Source of the DNA: a virus
Lineage: Duplodnaviria > Caudoviricetes
IMG/VR virus record: IMGVR_UViG_3300032227_000671
Location: 1-34,411 of that record
Strand: one strand, 5' to 3'
DNA length: 34,411 bases
Positions within the stretch are counted from its first letter, which is position 1, and each line of letters starts with the position of its first letter. This document shows positions 1-8,976 of this stretch, piece by piece. The translations under genes and the position numbers were made by a program. The notes under the pieces were generated by a model, which was not told the DNA's origin, ran no database searches, and was given only the letters and a program-made list of their open reading frames with translations.

Positions 1-580
1 ACCATTAGAGCTAATATTATTGCCCTGTATATTACCAGATACGTTTAAATTTCCACCTACATTCGCTATATTACTAATGCTTAGATTATTACCAGTAACA
101 TTACCATTGGAACTAATATTGTTGCCCTGTATATTACCAGATACATTTAAATTTGCACCTACATTTGCCTGATTGTTAATGCTTAGATTATTGCCCTGTA
201 TATTACCAGATACGTTTAAATTTGCACCTACGTTCGCTATATTGCTAATGCTTAGATTGTTACCACTAACATTACCATTAGAACTAATATTATTGCCCTG
301 TATATTACCAGATACGTTTAAATTTCCACCTACATTCGCTATATTACTAATGCTTAGATTATTACCAGTAACATTACCATTGGAACTAATATTATTGCCC
401 TGTATATTACCAGATACGTTTAAATTTCCACCTACATTTGCCTGATTGCTAATGCTTAGATTATTACCACTAACATTACCATTAGAGCTAATATTATTGC
501 CCTGTATTATACCAAATACGTTTAAATTTGCACCTACGTTCGCTACATTACTAATGCTTAGATTATTACCACTAAGATTT
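1..580. repeat. Coding tandem repeat, ~102 bp (34 aa) units with one 69 bp short unit
   Basis: accatt(a/g)ga(g/a)ctaatatt(a/g)ttgccctg recurs at 1, 103, 274, 376 and 478; all spacings are multiples of 3. Confidence 0.9.
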
Positions 581-2529
581 CCAGTTACAATTAAAGAAGT
601 ACCTGTTGCAGCACCTATGTTCGGGGTGGTGAATTGTGCATTAGCTATTACTGCAATGTTCCCACCAACAATTCCTGTAGTAATTCCATCTGTATTTGCT
701 GAAAATTGTGTACCGGTTAACGCAATACCTGAACCAGCTGAATAAGTACCGGAGCCTGAAAATTGGGTGAATACGATCGGATCTGTACCAATTGTAGCTA
801 CGGTACTGACCTGCACCCAACCGGTACTTGCATAAGTATTTCCGGCTGATATAAATGTAAAGTCACCTGCTTCTACTTCAGGAATAGTGTTATAGTCACT
901 TGCTCTTGTTATGACAGTGCTGTTAGAATAAACATATATTCCATTCCAAGCCGGATCTGTTTCACTTTTAACAAGAATTCTAGTACCAACATTAGCAACA
1001 CTTACATTGTCAATTAACGTATATGCAGTAGTTGTTGTAAGGTTTGCACCTACTCCATTGGCGCCATTATTATATGTTACTATGCCACTGGTGATATTCG
1101 CTAGAGTATCAGGGGTTGCAACTAAACAAGCATCATGAATGTTTAACCCTTGAACAAAATCATCAACATATTGTTTATTAACCGCATCAGTTGCATTATT
1201 AGGTGTTCCAACTGAAGTAATTCTAGCATTATATGCATCTATAGTACCATTGCCGGTTGGTCGTAATAATATTGAGTAATTTCCTCCTGCAACGGTAGTA
1301 ATTGTAATATCGTTTAAGGGCGCTTTAATTATACTAGTAATTACAGAACCACTAGTTGTATCACCTAAAACATTAGCATTACCTACTGCGATTGCATTTG
1401 CTGAAATATTTCCATTGGCAGTAATATTACCTGAATTAATAGTAGAGTTAACATTAATTCCTGTGCCTGAAATTACAAGTACATTAGAGTTTCCTGCAAC
1501 ACTTATCGCTACATTGCTATTTTGTAATACTTGAATGTTAGAATTACCATTTGAAATTACAGAGGTGCTTATATTAGTTAGATAATATCCATTACCTAAA
1601 ATATAAGCACCTGAGACATTACCTGTAGCATTGACATTGTTGGCTGCATTTATATTATTTGCATTGACATTACCAGTGACATTGGCATTTCCTGTTACAT
1701 CTAACTGAGTTAATGTGCCTACACTGGTGATATTTGGTTGTGCTGCTGTTGTTACTGTTCCTGCTGTAGTTGCATTATCAGCCGAATTTGCGTGAGTTGC
1801 ATTTGCAACTGTACCTGTAACATTAGCTCCAGTAATATTTGCTAAATTGGCTCCACTACCAATGAAATAATTTGCTGTAACTGCATTACCTAAATTGGCA
1901 TTACCGACTACTGTAAGAAGATTGTTTGAACTATCAAATGTAAAGTTAGCACTAGCGTCAAAATCACCATTACTATTAAATTGTATATAAGTATTTGACC
2001 CTGCTGCTTGTTGAAAGTCAACTGGACTACCATTTGCATAGTAATAATTATCTGTTAAAATTCCGCCAACATTAGCATTCCCAATAATATTAGCAGCGCC
2101 ATTTGATATTAAATTACCACCAGTAATATTAGCAGATGCTTGCAATGTGTTAGCACCAATAATGCCTGAGTTAGCGTAAACATTGCCACTAGTAATATTA
2201 CCTGTTACATCTAACTGAGTTAATGTCCCTACACTAGTGATATTTGGTTGTGCATTTGTATAAACAGTACCTGCTACTAATGCGTTAGCAACTTGACCTG
2301 AAACATTAGCACCTTGAATACTAAACAGCGCATTAGCGTTTCCTGAGAAATAATTTGCTATAGCTAGATTACCTAAATCGGCATTACCAGTAGATAAATT
2401 TCCAACAACATTCCCATTGCCACTAAAATTAGCATTAGCGGCTGTGATGTCTCCATTACCTAAAACAATGTTTGTGGGTACGTTTCCTACAGAAAATCCA
2501 GCAACAGAGTTAAATGCCTTAATAGCCAT
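1..2529 (-). CDS. Tail fibre-like repeat protein (3' end runs off the window; absent from the ORF track)
   Basis: ATG at 2529 gives MAIKAFNSVAGFSVGNVPTNIVLGNGDI. The same frame at spot-checked positions gives DAVNKQYVDD, AQPNITSVGTL and VGGNLNVSGNIQGNNISSNG repeats. The N-terminus resembles that of the 558 aa neighbour. Confidence 0.8.
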   Translation of the reverse strand, partial: MAIKAFNSVAGFSVGNVPTNIVLGNGDITAANANFSGNGNVVGNLSTGNADLGNLAIANYFSGNANALFSIQGANVSGQVANALVAGTVYTNAQPNITSVGTLTQLDVTGNITSGNVYANSGIIGANTLQASANITGGNLISNGAANIIGNANVGGILTDNYYYANGSPVDFQQAAGSNTYIQFNSNGDFDASANFTFDSSNNLLTVVGNANLGNAVTANYFIGSGANLANITGANVTGTVANATHANSADNATTAGTVTTAAQPNITSVGTLTQLDVTGNANVTGNVNANNINAANNVNATGNVSGAYILGNGYYLTNISTSVISNGNSNIQVLQNSNVAISVAGNSNVLVISGTGINVNSTINSGNITANGNISANAIAVGNANVLGDTTSGSVITSIIKAPLNDITITTVAGGNYSILLRPTGNGTIDAYNARITSVGTPNNATDAVNKQYVDDFVQGLNIHDACLVATPDTLANITSGIVTYNNGANGVGANLTTTTAYTLIDNVSVANVGTRILVKSETDPAWNGIYVYSNSTVITRASDYNTIPEVEAGDFTFISAGNTYASTGWVQVSTVATIGTDPIVFTQFSGSGTYSAGSGIALTGTQFSANTDGITTGIVGGNIAVIANAQFTTPNIGAATGTSLIVTGNLSGNNLSISNVANVGANLNVFGIIQGNNISSNGNVSGNNLSISNQANVGGNLNVSGNIQGNNISSNGNVTGNNLSISNIANVGGNLNVSGNIQGNNISSNGNVSGNNLSISNIANVGANLNVSGNIQGNNLSINNQANVGANLNVSGNIQGNNISSNGNVTGNNLSISNIANVGGNLNVSGNIQGNNISSNG

Positions 2530-2553
2530 TGTTTATCCAATATAGTTGTTTAA

Positions 2554-2559
2554 TATTTA
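2554..2559 (-). promoter_or_regulatory. T4-type late promoter core TAAATA
   Basis: Minus strand GATAAATA ~25 nt upstream of ATG 2529. Confidence 0.55.
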
Positions 2560-2567
2560 TCATACGA

Positions 2568-4244
2568 TTATTCTTCATATACGGTAACACAAATCTTATG
2601 TGTCATGGTATTATTACTAGTAGGTTGTACATAAAGTTCTATCTGAGGTCCTTCAACAGGGGATAAGCCAGCATTATATGAAACTGAAAAATCAGCCGTT
2701 AAATTCCCCGCAATTAAGGTATTAACTTCGTTATAGTCTACTGTAGTATCATAAACAACTGAAGAAATTTTACTTATTTGTCTCGAACCTCCAACTGGAT
2801 CAGTAGAAATGATTTTATAGTCTACGCTGGAAATGTTCTCTGTAGGTAAACTATACATTACTACATTTGCTGTTGAATTAGTTACTAAAAATTGAACAAA
2901 TGAATATGCAAACTGGTATATACCCGAACCAATTGTAATGGTATTTGCAATTAAATTTCCACCAACAATAACGTTTTTACTTTCTTCATTGAAGATAAAA
3001 TATGGACTTCCATTAAATGATCCCGAATCATTGTATTGAATTTGTCTATTACTTCCACCTGGTATACCATTACCTCCACCGCCATTGCCGGTCGGCGCCC
3101 AGGCTAAATTACCTAGACCATCTGTTTGTAAGAAGTAACCATTAAATCCACCGTCAATATGTATATTTCCAACAGAACCTAAATTAACATTGGGAGAAGA
3201 TCCTGTATTGACATTACTTAAAGCTGTTAGATTTCCCCCTAATAATCCTACGGTTAAGTCACGTGAAACGCTAACATTACTTACAAATACACCATTCCCA
3301 CCATATATAGTATCCGAAAAATTCATGTTGCTTGCAGTAACATTGGCACTAGTGCTAATGTTAGCATTAGATGATAATATGCCAGTTAGTGTCAATCCAG
3401 TTAGTGTGCCTACGCTGGTAATATTTGGTTGAGCATTGTCTGTAACTTTATTAGCCAGAGCTACTGTACCAACTATGTTAGCAGAAGGCAGATTAGTTAA
3501 ATTAGCCCCGCTACCAATAAAGTAATTTGCAGTAACAGCATTACCTAAATTAGCACCTGTGTTTGAAGTAATAAAGTTTGCTAGTGCATTACCGGTTACA
3601 TTTAGTATAACTAGATTACCCAAAGATGTGATATTTGGTTGTGCCCCATTAGTTACGGTTCTGGCACTATTAGCAAGACCATATAAATTACCAGTGAATA
3701 TACTAGCAACAACATTACCTGTTGTTACTGTGTTGGTTACTGAATCAAACTGTAAGCCAGGACTACCTGCAAAGCTACCTGCTGCATTATATTGAATTTG
3801 TGAGTTTGATCCACCAGGAGTACCATTTCCTCCACCATTACCACCGGCTGCCGACCAAGTTAAATTACCTGTGCCGTCAGTCTGTAAAAAATATCCGTTA
3901 TTACCACCAAAAATCGTTACATTACTTATATCACCTAATATGACATTCCCTGTTAGAGTAATACTAGGCACTGATAATACGCTTGTAGTACTGTCAAATG
4001 TAAAATTTGCACTGCCTGCAAAATTATTGTTGTTGTTATATTGTACTTGAGTGTTTAATCCACCGGCTCTGGCAGCAATAGGTTGACCATTGGCATACTT
4101 ATAATTATCCGCATATATGGTATTGGCAGTGACATTACCAGTAGTTAAAACATTGGTAACTACATTGCCATTTGCATCTATGACTGGTACTGGCGGTATA
4201 CCAACTGTGTACCCTGTTAATGAATTAAATGCATCTGCTGCCAT
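2568..4244 (-). CDS. Tail fibre/virion structural repeat protein
   Basis: 558 aa, rich in N/G/T/V. Repeated modules GGxNxQ(I/V)QYN (x3), GYFLQTDGxGNLxW (x2) and AQPNITS(V/L)G (x2). Confidence 0.75.
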   Translation of the reverse strand: MAADAFNSLTGYTVGIPPVPVIDANGNVVTNVLTTGNVTANTIYADNYKYANGQPIAARAGGLNTQVQYNNNNNFAGSANFTFDSTTSVLSVPSITLTGNVILGDISNVTIFGGNNGYFLQTDGTGNLTWSAAGGNGGGNGTPGGSNSQIQYNAAGSFAGSPGLQFDSVTNTVTTGNVVASIFTGNLYGLANSARTVTNGAQPNITSLGNLVILNVTGNALANFITSNTGANLGNAVTANYFIGSGANLTNLPSANIVGTVALANKVTDNAQPNITSVGTLTGLTLTGILSSNANISTSANVTASNMNFSDTIYGGNGVFVSNVSVSRDLTVGLLGGNLTALSNVNTGSSPNVNLGSVGNIHIDGGFNGYFLQTDGLGNLAWAPTGNGGGGNGIPGGSNRQIQYNDSGSFNGSPYFIFNEESKNVIVGGNLIANTITIGSGIYQFAYSFVQFLVTNSTANVVMYSLPTENISSVDYKIISTDPVGGSRQISKISSVVYDTTVDYNEVNTLIAGNLTADFSVSYNAGLSPVEGPQIELYVQPTSNNTMTHKICVTVYEE

Positions 4245-4274
4245 TTACGGAATCCTAAAATAAACTTTATTATA

Positions 4275-4297
4275 TATTTAGTCTAACCTACTAAATA
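4275..4297. promoter_or_regulatory. Back-to-back late promoters (CTAAATA on each strand)
   Basis: tattta at 4275-4280 (minus) and taaata at 4292-4297 (plus) between divergent genes. Confidence 0.55.
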
Positions 4298-4318
4298 CAA
4301 TGGTTAATTTTAGAATCC

Positions 4319-4675
4319 ATGGTGTGCTTTTTTATGCTAACTAGTCAACCAACAAGACCTTTATGTCTACATTGCAAAATTTCGTTAGCCAAAGCCAATG
4401 GTGTAAGTAAACATGGATTTAAGCAATGGCACAAGTACTGTGTACAGTGTGCTAAATTACTATATAATCCAAAATTTCAATATCTTAAACACAAAAAAGC
4501 CACATGCGAAACATGTGGCTTCATACCTCTAGATAACTGTCAACTAGATATTGTCAAACTTGACAATAATTATAAAACTCTATGTGCAAATTGCAATAGA
4601 TTATCTAAAAAAAGATTACGCGAGGGTAAAAAATCTATATTAGATATTACAGTTGATGCTGATGTTATACCTTAA
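4319..4675 (+). CDS. Cys-rich zinc-finger protein, degenerate HNH-like (start may be ATG 4334)
   Basis: Four CxxC pairs; CETCGF...CQLDIV...NYKTLCANCNR resembles an HNH scaffold without its His residues. Confidence 0.6.
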   Translation: MVCFFMLTSQPTRPLCLHCKISLAKANGVSKHGFKQWHKYCVQCAKLLYNPKFQYLKHKKATCETCGFIPLDNCQLDIVKLDNNYKTLCANCNRLSKKRLREGKKSILDITVDADVIP

Positions 4676-5033
4676 CCCAACTAGTTGTAGCTTCATCCCA
4701 ATAATATTTATTGTCATCAATTGGCATTGCAACAGGTGGATTCCATAAACAGGTTTGTTCATTTAATGACCAACTTGGATAGGGTTTAGGGGGAATAAAA
4801 GCATCTCTAGTTGGGTCCCATGTATATCCAATACCTGCATAATTTTTTCTATAAGGTGTGCCACCTGTTCTATGCACTCCCCCACTGGTATTATAACTGG
4901 TTCTGCGACAAATCATACCAGGACGAAATTCAGCGTAATGCTGTTCCCAATTCAGTGTAGTATCAGTTTCATCTTTACCTACAATAACTTCAGTTACAAT
5001 GTTTTGACTATTAATAATTGCGTAGTGTGCCAT
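4665..5033 (-). CDS. Conserved phage hypothetical protein, often next to tail fibre genes
   Basis: MAHYAII...RKNYAGIGYTWD..RDAFIPPKPYPSW pattern; AAGGA RBS and TATAAATA upstream. Confidence 0.7.
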   Translation of the reverse strand: MAHYAIINSQNIVTEVIVGKDETDTTLNWEQHYAEFRPGMICRRTSYNTSGGVHRTGGTPYRKNYAGIGYTWDPTRDAFIPPKPYPSWSLNEQTCLWNPPVAMPIDDNKYYWDEATTSWVKV

Positions 5034-5057
5034 TAGTAATTCCTTTTATATAGATTA

Positions 5058-5065
5058 TATTTATA
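5058..5065 (-). promoter_or_regulatory. T4 late promoter TATAAATA
   Basis: Perfect consensus just after a terminator and upstream of ATG 5033. Confidence 0.7.
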
Positions 5066-5081
5066 TATTAGATAGTAAAAT

Positions 5082-5105
5082 AAAAAAAAGGCCCTTGCGA
5101 GCCTT
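5082..5105 (-). terminator. Rho-independent terminator after the HNH gene
   Basis: Minus strand AAGGCTC-GCAA-GGGCC followed by T8 (GNRA loop). Confidence 0.85.
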
Positions 5106-5134
5106 AACCTTCCCATCCCGTTGAGATATTGTAT

Positions 5135-5887
5135 TTATGCTGGTTTACGTTTTTTACCGCCCACTTGCCAACCTTGGTCTAGATAACTTTGTAATGCATC
5201 TTTCTTTACTTTCTTCTCTACATCATCTTTATTGATACTGATATTACCTATGTTTGCTTTGGCTACGTTAGTTGAATGACCTTCTTTTTTCTTTATACCT
5301 TTGCCACCTAGACTAATAGCAAGACGATGTTCTTCTGATTGAGGACCTTTGGGTTTACCTTTTGAAGCTATTGACATTAATTGCTTAGTTTCTTCCGATC
5401 GTTTTTGCCCTGTTACTTTTGCTATTCTTTTTTGCTGACCTTCTGCCTGTTTAATAGGATCAACATTTCTATTTCTTGCTCTTTCAATATGTTCTTGTAA
5501 TTCATGTTCTTCTAACTTCCTACCCTTATTCCAAGCAGGTCTACCCTTCATTTTTTTACTATGATTCTCTGCGTGTTCTATTCTGTACTTCTCATATACT
5601 CTTGCGGTGATTTTTGTATGATATCTTTGTTGATATCTGTTCTCCGCTTTCATTCCATTGAGTGCGTATAACATCTTACTTCTATCTTCACCTTCTGTCA
5701 TTTTAATCAACAACCAATGACAAATAAAATGTTCTCTAGCTGTAAGTTCTACTAAATTTTCTTTATCATTGCTACCGCCCATTGATTGAGGGATAATATG
5801 ATGTAATTCTGTATAACCCTCAGTAATGCGATGTTTGGCATTGTTGGTTATATCAAAATAAATATTAGAGTATTTGTTTGTAAGCAT
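5135..5887 (-). CDS. Free-standing HNH homing endonuclease with NUMOD3-like DNA-binding repeats
   Basis: ELHHIIPQSMGGSNDKENLVELTAREHFICH HNH motif; basic KRSEETKQLMS and QSEEHRLAIS repeats; PAWNKG. Confidence 0.88.
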   Translation of the reverse strand: MLTNKYSNIYFDITNNAKHRITEGYTELHHIIPQSMGGSNDKENLVELTAREHFICHWLLIKMTEGEDRSKMLYALNGMKAENRYQQRYHTKITARVYEKYRIEHAENHSKKMKGRPAWNKGRKLEEHELQEHIERARNRNVDPIKQAEGQQKRIAKVTGQKRSEETKQLMSIASKGKPKGPQSEEHRLAISLGGKGIKKKEGHSTNVAKANIGNISINKDDVEKKVKKDALQSYLDQGWQVGGKKRKPA

Positions 5888-5892
5888 AATAG

Positions 5893-5900
5893 TATTTATA
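5893..5900 (-). promoter_or_regulatory. T4 late promoter TATAAATA driving the HNH gene
   Basis: Perfect consensus 5 nt before the ATG. Confidence 0.7.
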
Positions 5901-5931
5901 CATAATATAACATTTCACTAATTTCAGATAC

Positions 5932-5953
5932 AAAAAAGGGCGCCGAAGCGCCC
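5932..5953 (-). terminator. Rho-independent terminator after the major capsid gene
   Basis: GGGCGC-TTCG-GCGCCC-T6 with a cUUCGg tetraloop. Confidence 0.92.
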
Positions 5954-5999
5954 AATTTTGTGTGAAATTACTTTCAAATACACTTGTAAGTGATTGATT

Positions 6000-7196
6000 T
6001 CATTGGAAGGTGAGGTTCTGAACCGCAATTTCCCCAACGTAGTCCGCGGCATTCCCGAAAGAACTTGCAGTATTGGTAAGCTCGATGTAGCCGTACCTTG
6101 TCATAAATGACACGACTGGTTCGAACGTTGTTGGATCAAGAACAACACCAGAACTCATCAAAGGAATGTATGGGCAATAGAACGCGGCTGCGTCTGTCTC
6201 GCTTGAACCTTTGTAGCCAACTAGAACAGGCTGTGTATCAGGGGCGTAGCTGTTAACGAATACACGCATAGCGCCGTTTAGAGTACCGACGAATTTGGTA
6301 TTTGTTGGAGCTTCGAATGTACCTTCTGTTGTACGAGCGAATGCGCTAGTTGTAGCACTTTGAAGAACTGTCAAGCTTGCAGGTGATACAACGGCCCAGT
6401 TACCAGCACCACGACGGGTACGTTGTGCGATCAAGTTAGCGACGCGGTTGATAAGAACAGCCAGAGCGGCGTGTTCGTCACCAACGTATGTAGCTGTACC
6501 AGATACGGTAGCTTGGTTGAATGTAAACTCTGTTGATGCAAGAGTTGCGAGTGACAAGAGGATTTCTTGATCGATCTCAGCGGTGATCTCTTGAGCTAGA
6601 GCAGCCATGATTTCTGCTTCAACGTCGATACCATGTTGGCTTTGAGCGTCTTGTGCAGCTTCGAATGTCCAACGTGCCTGTAGCTTACGTGACTTAGCTT
6701 CAACAGCCTGTCTTAAGATTTGCACGGAAATTTGCTTACCGCCATTGCCTTCTAGAGCAGCGGTATCATTACCTGTGTAGAAACTTGTTGAGTCAGTTCC
6801 TAGTGGGGTACGTGAATAAGCCTGTGCAATTAAGAATGGGCTTAGAGCTTCCTGACCAGCTGTTACGCTTGTTTGAGCAGCACTGTTGTCTGTCAAGTTA
6901 TTTGCGTAGCGAACACGTAGTGTATGGATCTGACCAACTGGACCAGTCATTGGTTGAACACCAACCAACTCATTAGCGATAACTGTTGGCATAACACGAC
7001 GGATAACTGGAAGAATCACACGGTTTAGAGTAGCGATATTACCAGCTGTAGTTGTACCTGCTGTAGATTCAGCAAGTAGTTGCTTTTTGGTGTTTTCTAA
7101 GATAACACCCATTGTTGAGCGGCGAGTGCCTTTTAAGCCTTCTAACAGGGCCTCTTTGGTCTCTCCCCAACGGCTTTCTAAGAGTACTTTTGACAT
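6000..7196 (-). CDS. gp23: Major capsid protein (T4 gp23 family)
   Basis: VGVQPMTGPVGQI, VEAKSRKLQARWTFEAAQD, FYCPYIPL and MTRYG motifs; AGGAG RBS. Confidence 0.97.
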   Translation of the reverse strand: MSKVLLESRWGETKEALLEGLKGTRRSTMGVILENTKKQLLAESTAGTTTAGNIATLNRVILPVIRRVMPTVIANELVGVQPMTGPVGQIHTLRVRYANNLTDNSAAQTSVTAGQEALSPFLIAQAYSRTPLGTDSTSFYTGNDTAALEGNGGKQISVQILRQAVEAKSRKLQARWTFEAAQDAQSQHGIDVEAEIMAALAQEITAEIDQEILLSLATLASTEFTFNQATVSGTATYVGDEHAALAVLINRVANLIAQRTRRGAGNWAVVSPASLTVLQSATTSAFARTTEGTFEAPTNTKFVGTLNGAMRVFVNSYAPDTQPVLVGYKGSSETDAAAFYCPYIPLMSSGVVLDPTTFEPVVSFMTRYGYIELTNTASSFGNAADYVGEIAVQNLTFQ

Positions 7197-7219
7197 TTTA
7201 TTTTCTCCTAATCTATGTC

Positions 7220-8320
7220 TTAAAGCCCTGCCAGACGTTTGATCGCTATCACGTTGTCACGTTCTTCGACCTCAACCTCTACCTTGGCAGTTTTATCACC
7301 AGTTGCTTCTGTAATCATGGATTCTGCTAGCTTAGTTTTTGACTGAGCTTTTACAGTGCCATTATTAAGAACTGCTGGTAAATATTTATCGAAAGTGGCC
7401 TTTAGCTTTGGTGTTTGGACACTTTCTAGTAAACTCGCCATTACCTGTGCCTTTTCTTTGTTCAATGGAGCGAGTAATTCGCTCATTGTTTTTTCACGCA
7501 GATTAGATTCACGAATAATACGAACTTCACGATCCTTTTGTTCAACTAATTGCTTAGTTGTTTTGATTTGGTTAATAGATTCAGCCAACTGTCTTTCTCT
7601 TTCAGTTAACCTAGCCACTAACTTACGAGTTTCAGACTTCTCATTTAGATGAGTAGTTGAAAATTCACTTGCAAATGCTTCAAATAGTCTACGCCCGAAA
7701 TTATTTTCGCGGGCAGCCTTGATGTCTTCCTTAAGTTGTGTCATTTCACTTCTTAAGTGACCGGTAACGATTGTATTCAATCTTGTAGCACTTTCTTTGA
7801 TAAACTTAGATTTCAGTGCTTCAAGTTGTTTACGACCTTCAGAAACCAATTTGACCTTAGCTTCAACAACAGCTTTTTTGTCTTGAGAGAATTCTTTAAT
7901 TTCTCTTGCAAGAGCGTGAACAACGAATTGTTCTAGCTTTTGTTGACTTTCTTTTTGCACTTGGCGATCACTACGCAATTCTTTGATTTCTTCGGCTAGT
8001 TTTGTAACCATGAAATCATTAAATTTTGTTGCACTTTCGCGCAATTGTTGTTGTGCTCTTACGCGGTCTTCGTTGATTGATTGTCTTTCTGAGTGAAATT
8101 CAGCGATTTCACCTTTAAGACTTTCTGTTACCATACGATCAAGGGCTTCAACCATCACGCTTCTGTCATGTTGATAACGTTGTGCAAACTCTTCTCTGAG
8201 TTCTGCACGAACTTGCTCACGGGCCTCGACTAACTTTGATTCCCAGGCTTCGTTTAATTCTTGGCCCACGTCTTCATTAATAAGTCCGCTCTCAAGTAAT
8301 GGTTTTAATGCGTCTAACAT
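7220..8320 (-). CDS. gp22: Prohead core scaffolding protein (gp22-like)
   Basis: Glu/Lys-rich coiled coil located between the protease and capsid genes. Confidence 0.8.
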   Translation of the reverse strand: MLDALKPLLESGLINEDVGQELNEAWESKLVEAREQVRAELREEFAQRYQHDRSVMVEALDRMVTESLKGEIAEFHSERQSINEDRVRAQQQLRESATKFNDFMVTKLAEEIKELRSDRQVQKESQQKLEQFVVHALAREIKEFSQDKKAVVEAKVKLVSEGRKQLEALKSKFIKESATRLNTIVTGHLRSEMTQLKEDIKAARENNFGRRLFEAFASEFSTTHLNEKSETRKLVARLTERERQLAESINQIKTTKQLVEQKDREVRIIRESNLREKTMSELLAPLNKEKAQVMASLLESVQTPKLKATFDKYLPAVLNNGTVKAQSKTKLAESMITEATGDKTAKVEVEVEERDNVIAIKRLAGL

Positions 8321-8334
8321 TACTGATCCCCTTT

Positions 8335-8964
8335 TTATATTTTGAGATCCTTAATGAGGCGTTTTACTTCCTCTTTAAGAAATCTCTGTACCTTCTTGTC
8401 GCCCTTAGCATCTTTTGCAATTTCTAAAACTTTATGACCGTATTTCATATTCTGCATACCTTCATAAATTGCCTTAGGATAAGCATTTGGTGCACTTGGT
8501 TGAGCAACAATATCCACAGTGACTATTTCAAAGTCACTGACCTTGCCGTTCATGTCGTCAACGTTACCGCTTCCACGACTAGATACGCCGAGTTTCACAC
8601 CACTCTCCAACATGGTCTTTACTAACTGACCCATTGGAGTTGGCAATATTTTTAATTTTCCGAATCCATTAGCTCCGTCCATCCACATACTAGTAATCAT
8701 ATGTGATACACGATCCAAATTGATCTTGAGGTCATCTGGGTGATCCACTTCACCCAATACAGAATGACCTTCTGCCATTTGTTCATTAAGAGTTTGTACA
8801 GCATTTTCAATTTCAGCAACGGGGTAAATGCGCTCATTGGCATTTTTAACCCCGCCTTGAATGAAGATACCCTTCATATAAAGGTTTTTCTTGTCACCTT
8901 CACCGACCGCTTCTAACACCATGTTAGCGCGGTCGAATGTTAGGTGTTCTCTTAAATAAGCCAT
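8335..8964 (-). CDS. gp21: Prohead protease (gp21)
   Basis: GIFIQGGVKNANERIYP, LGEVDHP, GVSSRGSG and DIVAQPSAPNAY motifs. Confidence 0.95.
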   Translation of the reverse strand: MAYLREHLTFDRANMVLEAVGEGDKKNLYMKGIFIQGGVKNANERIYPVAEIENAVQTLNEQMAEGHSVLGEVDHPDDLKINLDRVSHMITSMWMDGANGFGKLKILPTPMGQLVKTMLESGVKLGVSSRGSGNVDDMNGKVSDFEIVTVDIVAQPSAPNAYPKAIYEGMQNMKYGHKVLEIAKDAKGDKKVQRFLKEEVKRLIKDLKI

Positions 8965-8976
8965 TGTATTCTCTAA

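Noticed and set aside
1-580. Possible CRISPR array or DGR repeats
   Set aside because: No unique spacers, units are in-frame coding repeats, and no cas or reverse transcriptase gene is in the window.
173-745. Plus-strand ORFs of 90 and 99 aa with repeats
   Set aside because: Antisense shadows of the repeat region in the minus-strand fibre gene.
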